Source: an uncultured Chloroflexia bacterium (GTDB lineage: Bacteria > Chloroflexota > Limnocylindria > Limnocylindrales > CSP1-4). Taken from it: DNA of 64,000 bases. The notes under the pieces are model-generated. The model did not search any database. It saw only the letters and a program-made list of their open reading frames with translations, and was not told the DNA's origin. A program made the translations under genes and the position numbers. The DNA lies in contig CAVTKZ010000004.1 in NCBI GenBank assembly GCA_963735455.1, positions 43,587 to 107,586 of the forward strand, read 5' to 3'. This document shows positions 59,013 to 64,000 of this stretch, in pieces (the first letter of the stretch is position 1; each line of letters starts with the position of its first letter).

Positions 59013-60041
59013 TTGGGACTCGCCATCGTCGCGATCGTCTCGCTGTGGGCTGGGCTGGTCGCGATTTCTGTCGGGTTGCGCGCGCCGTCGGGCGAGTCGC
59101 TTGGGTCGAACGCCATTGTGCAGAGTCCAGGATCGGCAGGTGACGGTGGTTCGCTCGGGGCGCCGGCGCCGAACGAGACCGCGGAATCAGCCTCGCCGAA
59201 TCCCACCGGTGTCGGCGGGTCGCCGGAGTCGCGGTCCACACCGCCGCTTACCGCCGGACACGTGTGGTGGATCATCCTCGAGAACCACGAATACGGCTCG
59301 ATCATCGGCAGCCAGCAGGCGCCCTATTTCAACGCGTTAGCCGGGCAGTACGGCCTGGCCACGGACTACTACGGGACGAGTCACCCATCCGAGCCGAACT
59401 ACATCGCGCTCGTCGCCGGCTCGACGCTCGGCGTTGCCTCCGATGGCGTGTATCAGCTCCGGGCTCCTAGCATCTTCAGTGAGCTCGCGGCCGCCGGGCG
59501 CACCTGGCGGGTCTACGCCCAGGATGACCAGCCCGGGTGCTTCACTGGGACCACTGCCGGCGGCGGCGCCGATGGCCCGGGGGCCCCGGGAATCTATGCC
59601 CGCAAGCACAACCCGGCGATCAGCTTCGTGAGCGTCGCCGGCAGCCAGGCGGAGTGTCGGAACATCGAGCCCCTGCGCGACTTCGAGCCGGCCGCCGGGG
59701 CCTTCGAGATGATCGTTCCGAATCTGACCAACGACATGCATGACGGCAGCGTTGCGCAGGGTGATGCGTTCCTGCGCTCATTCGTGCCGACGATCATCGC
59801 TGGCCCGGCATTCGAGGGCGGCGGCGTCCTGTTCATCACCTTCGACGAAGGCAGCTCGAATGCCGGTCTCCACGGCGATGCGGGTGGTCATGTCGCAACC
59901 CTGATCATCGCGTCGGACGTGCCGCCCGGCTACCGTGACCGGGCCTACCTCGATCACTGGGCCCTGCTTCACACGACCCAGGAGCTCCTTGGGCTGCCCT
60001 GCCTCGCGAGCACCTGTCAGAGCTCGTTGATCGGCCACTAA
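59013..60041 (+). CDS. phosphoesterase-family protein (AcpA / phospholipase C-like), membrane-anchored or secreted
   Basis: Motifs: HVWWIILENHEY, APYFNALA, SHPSEPNY, ARKHNP, PNLTNDMHDG. Confidence 0.8.
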   Translation: MGLAIVAIVSLWAGLVAISVGLRAPSGESLGSNAIVQSPGSAGDGGSLGAPAPNETAESASPNPTGVGGSPESRSTPPLTAGHVWWIILENHEYGSIIGSQQAPYFNALAGQYGLATDYYGTSHPSEPNYIALVAGSTLGVASDGVYQLRAPSIFSELAAAGRTWRVYAQDDQPGCFTGTTAGGGADGPGAPGIYARKHNPAISFVSVAGSQAECRNIEPLRDFEPAAGAFEMIVPNLTNDMHDGSVAQGDAFLRSFVPTIIAGPAFEGGGVLFITFDEGSSNAGLHGDAGGHVATLIIASDVPPGYRDRAYLDHWALLHTTQELLGLPCLASTCQSSLIGH

Positions 60042-60342
60042 GGCCCGCCTGCGGCGGATCGCCCGCGCTGGTGCCCCTCGTCAGCCCGACGTGAGCTCCG
60101 TCTCCGTCACCGGCCTCACGATGGCCGGGGCCTCGTGAGATCAGTCTGAGATCAGCGTGCATTCAGCCGAGTGCCGAAGCCTCCACCAGATCCTCAGCCT
60201 GCACATGGCCCGGGAGGAGAAGCTCGATGTCGGCCTGGCGTGATGGGAACCTTCTCATCCGGGCCCTATGTGCCGCACAGGTACCGTTCATAGGGTGGAC
60301 CTAAAGCTCACACCACTGAGCGGGCACACAGGGGTCCACCGC

Positions 60343-60675
60343 ATGAACAACTCTATCCACCGGGTCGGTCTTGGGATCGCCGCCCTGACCGTGGTCACCG
60401 TCGTCGGCGGCGCCTTGGTCGCCGATGGCTATCTCGGCGCCAGCAGCCAGGCTGCCGTGGGCGCCACCAGCGCGACGGTCCAGGAATCGCTACCCGCGCC
60501 GACCTCGGCAGCTCAGCCCGACTCTCCCGAGGTGGTCTACGTCCGGCCGGCGCCTCCACCGAAGGTCATTCATGTCACCAAGCCGGCGCCGGCGGCGCCA
60601 CCGCGCGTCGTCCACGTCACGGTGCCCGGGAGTGGCGCTGGGGACGACTCCGAGAGCGCAGGGGGAGACGGCTGA
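60343..60675 (+). CDS. small membrane-anchored Pro-rich protein
   Basis: Met at 60343. One TM helix (GLGIAALTVVTVVGGALV), then a Pro/Ala-rich tail with repeated VxHVT units. It is the first gene of a tightly overlapped operon. Confidence 0.45.
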   Translation: MNNSIHRVGLGIAALTVVTVVGGALVADGYLGASSQAAVGATSATVQESLPAPTSAAQPDSPEVVYVRPAPPPKVIHVTKPAPAAPPRVVHVTVPGSGAGDDSESAGGDG

Positions 60676-61067
60676 TGGACAGGCGATCGCTAGACCGCGA
60701 GGCCGGGAGCCCAGGGCGCCTCGATGAGCCGTTCCAGGCGGCCGGTGCTCGGCCCGACGCGACAAGGTTGCGCCTGTCCCTTGGCGCGACCGGCATCGCC
60801 GCGCTGTCGGCGATCATCACGGCGATCGTCGTCCCGTCTGCCCCGGCGGTCGTGCCGCCGGCCAGCCTGCCGAGTGCGCCGGCGATGGTCGTCCAGCAAC
60901 GTCCGATCACGTACATCCAACTCACGCCTGGGCAGTCGCCTCCACCCGGTGCAACGGTCATAGATGCCAAGGCCCCAAAGCCCATCACGATCGTGACCAG
61001 GGTCCCGGCTCCTGCGCAACGCACGGTCGTTGTCCGGACCACGCAGTCGGGCAAGGTGATCCCGTGA
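60675..61067 (+). CDS. small membrane-anchored Pro-rich protein
   Basis: TGATG overlap upstream and GTGA overlap downstream. One TM helix (GIAALSAIITAIVV). Pro-rich tail ending ...VVVRTTQSGKVIP. Confidence 0.45.
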   Translation: MDRRSLDREAGSPGRLDEPFQAAGARPDATRLRLSLGATGIAALSAIITAIVVPSAPAVVPPASLPSAPAMVVQQRPITYIQLTPGQSPPPGATVIDAKAPKPITIVTRVPAPAQRTVVVRTTQSGKVIP

Positions 61068-62044
61068 TCACCGCGGAGCGGTCGACCCGTTCCAGCCGCG
61101 ACCGTGCTTCAGCCCTGTCGGCACCAATCGACCCACTGACGGTCGAGACCACCGCCATGGGCGGCCGCCTCGCCGTCCATCTTGCGGCGTCGCCGGGCGA
61201 CGAGCACGCCGGGCGCGACGCCGGTCGCGTCCTGTCGCGGATCGGCCGCTGGGCCGACCGTCTCAGCCGGCACCTCGATACATCGGAGCTCGCCGCGCTC
61301 AATGCCGATCCTCGCCCGAGGGTTCCCGTCGGTCCAACTCTCGGGGCGGTCATGTGGGCCGGGTTGGAGGCGGCGGCCGCGAGCGAGGGACTGGTCGACA
61401 TCACCCTCCTTGATGCCCGGCTCGCGGCCGAAGGCTTGCCATCTGCCGGCGCTGGCGCTGGGGCTTCCAGGAGCTGGTCGCTCGAGCCGGGCCCTCGCCG
61501 GACGGCGGCCGTGCTGCGTTCACCGGGAATCCGGTTCGACCTCGGCGGGGTGGCCAAGGGCTGGCTCGCCGATCGGGGCCTTGCGCTCCTGTCCTCGTGG
61601 CCGAGCGCCATCGTCGATGCTGATGGTGACCTCTCGGTGCGCTGCCGGCCTGGCGACACGTGGACGATCGCCGTGGACGACCCGCGGAGCGACGGCGCGA
61701 CGCTCGCGATCCTCCGCCTGTCGGCCCCGACGCCGGGCTGGCCGCTCCGGTGGGGGGTGGCCACGTCCGGCACGTCCATTCATCGCTGGCGTCGCGGCGG
61801 GAGCGTGGCCCATCACCTCATCGACCCGCGGACCGGCGACGCGGCGGTTACCGATATCGTCCAGGCGACGGTGGTCTGCGGATCCGCACTCCGGTCGGAA
61901 TCGCTCGCGAAGGCGGCGGTCATCGCCGGCACCGTTGACGGCTTCGCACTGCTCGAGCGGGCCGGAGTGGCGGGCGCGGTGATCCTGACCGAGGGGGGCG
62001 AGACGCTAGCCCTGCCCCAGACCCTGGCGCTGTTGACGGAGTAG
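61064..62044 (+). CDS. apbE: FAD:protein FMN transferase (ApbE family), second copy
   Basis: Motifs: TAMGG near the N-terminus, SELAALN, GGVAKGWLAD, HHLIDPRTG. Confidence 0.85.
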   Translation: MITAERSTRSSRDRASALSAPIDPLTVETTAMGGRLAVHLAASPGDEHAGRDAGRVLSRIGRWADRLSRHLDTSELAALNADPRPRVPVGPTLGAVMWAGLEAAAASEGLVDITLLDARLAAEGLPSAGAGAGASRSWSLEPGPRRTAAVLRSPGIRFDLGGVAKGWLADRGLALLSSWPSAIVDADGDLSVRCRPGDTWTIAVDDPRSDGATLAILRLSAPTPGWPLRWGVATSGTSIHRWRRGGSVAHHLIDPRTGDAAVTDIVQATVVCGSALRSESLAKAAVIAGTVDGFALLERAGVAGAVILTEGGETLALPQTLALLTE

Positions 62045-62053
62045 GAGAAGGCG

Positions 62054-62830
62054 ATGTTCGAGATGCCCGACAACGTTCCGGTGCCGGTACGCTCAGGTCG
62101 CGTGCCGCGCCTTCGCCGGGGCCCTGCCTATCGGGGCCTCCCGCGGCCGCTGGTGACCCTCGCGTGGCTGGCGACCGCCGTCATCCTCGGCGCGGCGGTC
62201 GGCGCGACGCTACCAGCAGCGCTACGGTCGCTGGGAGCCACGGCTGCGCTCGCACCTGACAAGCTCGCCTGGTACGCGGTGAGAGCGACGGGCTTCCTGG
62301 CCTATTTCGCGATCGCCGGGTCGGTGATCTTCGGCCTGCTCCTCTCGACGCGTTTGCTCGATGCCGTTGCCCATCGACCGGTGACCCTGACCCTGCACAA
62401 GGACCTTGCTACGGCGGGGCTGGCCCTCTCAGCCCTGCACGGCCTGATGCTGCTCGGCGACCACACCTTCGCGTTCACGGCCACTGCCATCCTCGTGCCG
62501 TTCGCGTCGCCCTATGCGCCCGTCGGGGTCGCGATCGGCCAGTTTGCCTTCTACCTGGTGGCGATCGTCACCGCCAGCTTCTATGTGCGCCGCCAGATCG
62601 GCCAGCGAGCATGGCGGCTCATCCATTACCTGACGTTTCTGGGCTTCGTCGGGGTGACGGCTCACGGGATCGCGGCCGGCTCCGACTCGGCCGCCCCGCT
62701 GGCCATCTGGGCTTATCTCATTCCGATTGCCGCCGTCGCGTTCCTCCTGACCTACCGGGTGGTCGTCGGCATCGCCGCCCGGCGCGATCGAGCGCAGACT
62801 GGCAACAGGGTGGAGATGGTGGGCCGTTGA
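62054..62830 (+). CDS. ferric-reductase-like (MsrQ/YedZ-type) transmembrane protein, second copy
   Basis: Six TM helices with paired His residues (HKDLATAGLALSALHGL; IHYLTFLGFVGVTAHGI). Paralog of 2931..4013 but lacking the C-terminal extra domain. Confidence 0.8.
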   Translation: MFEMPDNVPVPVRSGRVPRLRRGPAYRGLPRPLVTLAWLATAVILGAAVGATLPAALRSLGATAALAPDKLAWYAVRATGFLAYFAIAGSVIFGLLLSTRLLDAVAHRPVTLTLHKDLATAGLALSALHGLMLLGDHTFAFTATAILVPFASPYAPVGVAIGQFAFYLVAIVTASFYVRRQIGQRAWRLIHYLTFLGFVGVTAHGIAAGSDSAAPLAIWAYLIPIAAVAFLLTYRVVVGIAARRDRAQTGNRVEMVGR

Positions 62831-62856
62831 ATACGGATATGGACGGGATTACCTGA

Positions 62857-63531
62857 ATGCGAGTCCTGGTCGTCGAGGATGAGCCCAACATGGGCGAGCT
62901 GATCCGACGCGTGCTGCTCGCCGAGCGAAACGTCGTCGACCTCGTCGAGGACGGGGTGGGCGCCCTGGCCCTGGCCAAGGCCGGCGGCTACGACGCGATT
63001 GTGCTCGATCGGATGCTGCCGGACCTCGACGGGACCGAGGTCGTCCAGCTTCTTCGTTCGCGCGGCGACCGGACGCCGGTCCTTATGCTCACGGCCCTGG
63101 GCACGGTCGACCAGCGCGTCGCCGGGCTCGACGCGGGCGCCGACGACTACCTCGCCAAACCGTTTGCCTTCTCCGAGCTCCTCGCTCGGTTGCGGGCGCT
63201 CGGCCGGAGGCCGGTCGGGGCCGCTGAGGAACGGCTCGTCGCCGGCGACATCGAGCTCGACGAGCAACGCCACGTGGCGCGCGTTGCGGATACCAACGTT
63301 GAGCTCACCGTGCGCGAGTTCGCCTTGCTCGCCTACCTGATCCGCAATGCCGGCCAGGTCCTGAGCCGCCGCCAGATCCTCGATGCGGTGTGGGGCGCGG
63401 AGCCGGACGTCTACTCGAACATCGTCGACCTGTACATCTCGTACCTGCGCCGGAAGCTGGCGGCGGTCGGTCGGGGCAGCCGCGTGCGCACCGTGCGCGG
63501 CGTCGGCTACACGCTCGACGCCCGGGACTAG
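62857..63531 (+). CDS. OmpR/PhoB-family response regulator
   Basis: Receiver domain: RVLVVEDE...DAIVLDRMLPDLDG...LTA...KPF. Winged-helix output domain: LTVREFALLAYLIRNAGQVLSRRQILDAVWG...VRGVGY. Confidence 0.9.
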   Translation: MRVLVVEDEPNMGELIRRVLLAERNVVDLVEDGVGALALAKAGGYDAIVLDRMLPDLDGTEVVQLLRSRGDRTPVLMLTALGTVDQRVAGLDAGADDYLAKPFAFSELLARLRALGRRPVGAAEERLVAGDIELDEQRHVARVADTNVELTVREFALLAYLIRNAGQVLSRRQILDAVWGAEPDVYSNIVDLYISYLRRKLAAVGRGSRVRTVRGVGYTLDARD

Positions 63532-64000
63532 TTGGTGCCCGATCCGACGGAGCGCCTGATCGCCTCCACCCGGCGCAGGCTCGCCTGGCTGACCCTGGGC
63601 CTGATCGCCGCCCTCCTCGTCGCAATGGGGATCGCGACTCTGCTGGTCGCGATCAACCAGCTCGAAAGCGCAACGGATGCAGCACTGAGCGGCACCGCCC
63701 AAGGGTTGCTCTCTTCACTCGAGGGCCAGCTGCCTGCGGTGGCAGGTGGCGAGGGCGAGGCGGAGACGAGCGACGAGCCGGTCGGGTCGGCCGACACGTT
63801 CGCGCTGGTGCTTGACCGTGCCGGAACGGTCGTGCAGAACCCACGCAATGTCCACCTCGCCGGACTCCCGGATACCGTCGCGATTACCGCCGCACTCGCG
63901 GCTGGATCGGACCTGCGCACCGTGAGCGCCGGCGGACTCCCAGTGCGCCTCGAAACACTGGTGATCCGGCCGTCGACCGGCGGCCCGGCGGTCGGCGTGG
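63532..64000 (+). CDS. sensor histidine kinase, N-terminal part (runs off the window)
   Basis: An open frame starts at TTG 63532 / GTG 35, 1 nt after the regulator stop. It has a TM helix (LAWLTLGLIAALLVAMGIATLLVAI) followed by a periplasmic-type sensor segment. The kinase core is not in the window. Confidence 0.6.
   Translation, partial: MVPDPTERLIASTRRRLAWLTLGLIAALLVAMGIATLLVAINQLESATDAALSGTAQGLLSSLEGQLPAVAGGEGEAETSDEPVGSADTFALVLDRAGTVVQNPRNVHLAGLPDTVAITAALAAGSDLRTVSAGGLPVRLETLVIRPSTGGPAVGV

Overview
High-GC bacterial chromosomal window. A hand count of 13561-13620 gives 44/60 G+C. The phylum cannot be fixed from sequence alone; the gene content would fit Actinomycetota or Chloroflexota. 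I can support about 55 protein genes and found no rRNA, tRNA or CRISPR array.

Core content, in order:
- A Kelch-repeat lipoprotein.
- An ApbE plus ferric-reductase-like membrane module. A second copy lies at the far end of the window, next to an OmpR/histidine-kinase pair.
- An ECF sigma factor with a TolB-like membrane protein.
- A ureide/purine-catabolism cluster: hydantoinase-type amidohydrolase, DUF3830-like protein, HIU hydrolase, OHCU decarboxylase.
- A dapB-dapA-dapD-lysA operon behind a terminator-containing leader.
- An MFS transporter and a BcsA-like GT2 synthase with a PilZ domain.
- Three paralogous class III cyclase-STAND ATPase-TPR giants, one membrane-bound cyclase and one GGDEF protein.
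- TetR-linked oxidoreductases, an ABC-2 exporter and a PIN/RHH toxin-antitoxin pair.
- A Met-rich repeat lipoprotein next to a DsbD-thioredoxin fusion.

The most unusual region is a lower-GC accessory island at about 45.06-54.34 kb (hand counts of 28-29/60 G+C at its right end). It carries a TIR/NDT-like protein, a PLD-nuclease/SF2-helicase/DUF3427-type protein, a membrane-anchored Mrr-like endonuclease, a NERD/UvrD-like helicase, and a two-gene cassette. The cassette is an 86-aa protein plus a B12-binding radical SAM enzyme with a PqqD/RRE-like tail. This cassette is my best candidate for an undescribed system.

A 600-bp non-coding gap between lysA and the MFS gene holds two diverged tandem elements with covarying inverted repeats.

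At least nine genes are broken by single-nucleotide indels, mostly in short homopolymer runs. I read these as probable assembly errors rather than true pseudogenes. The many long antisense or alternate-frame ORFs in the track are GC-driven shadows.
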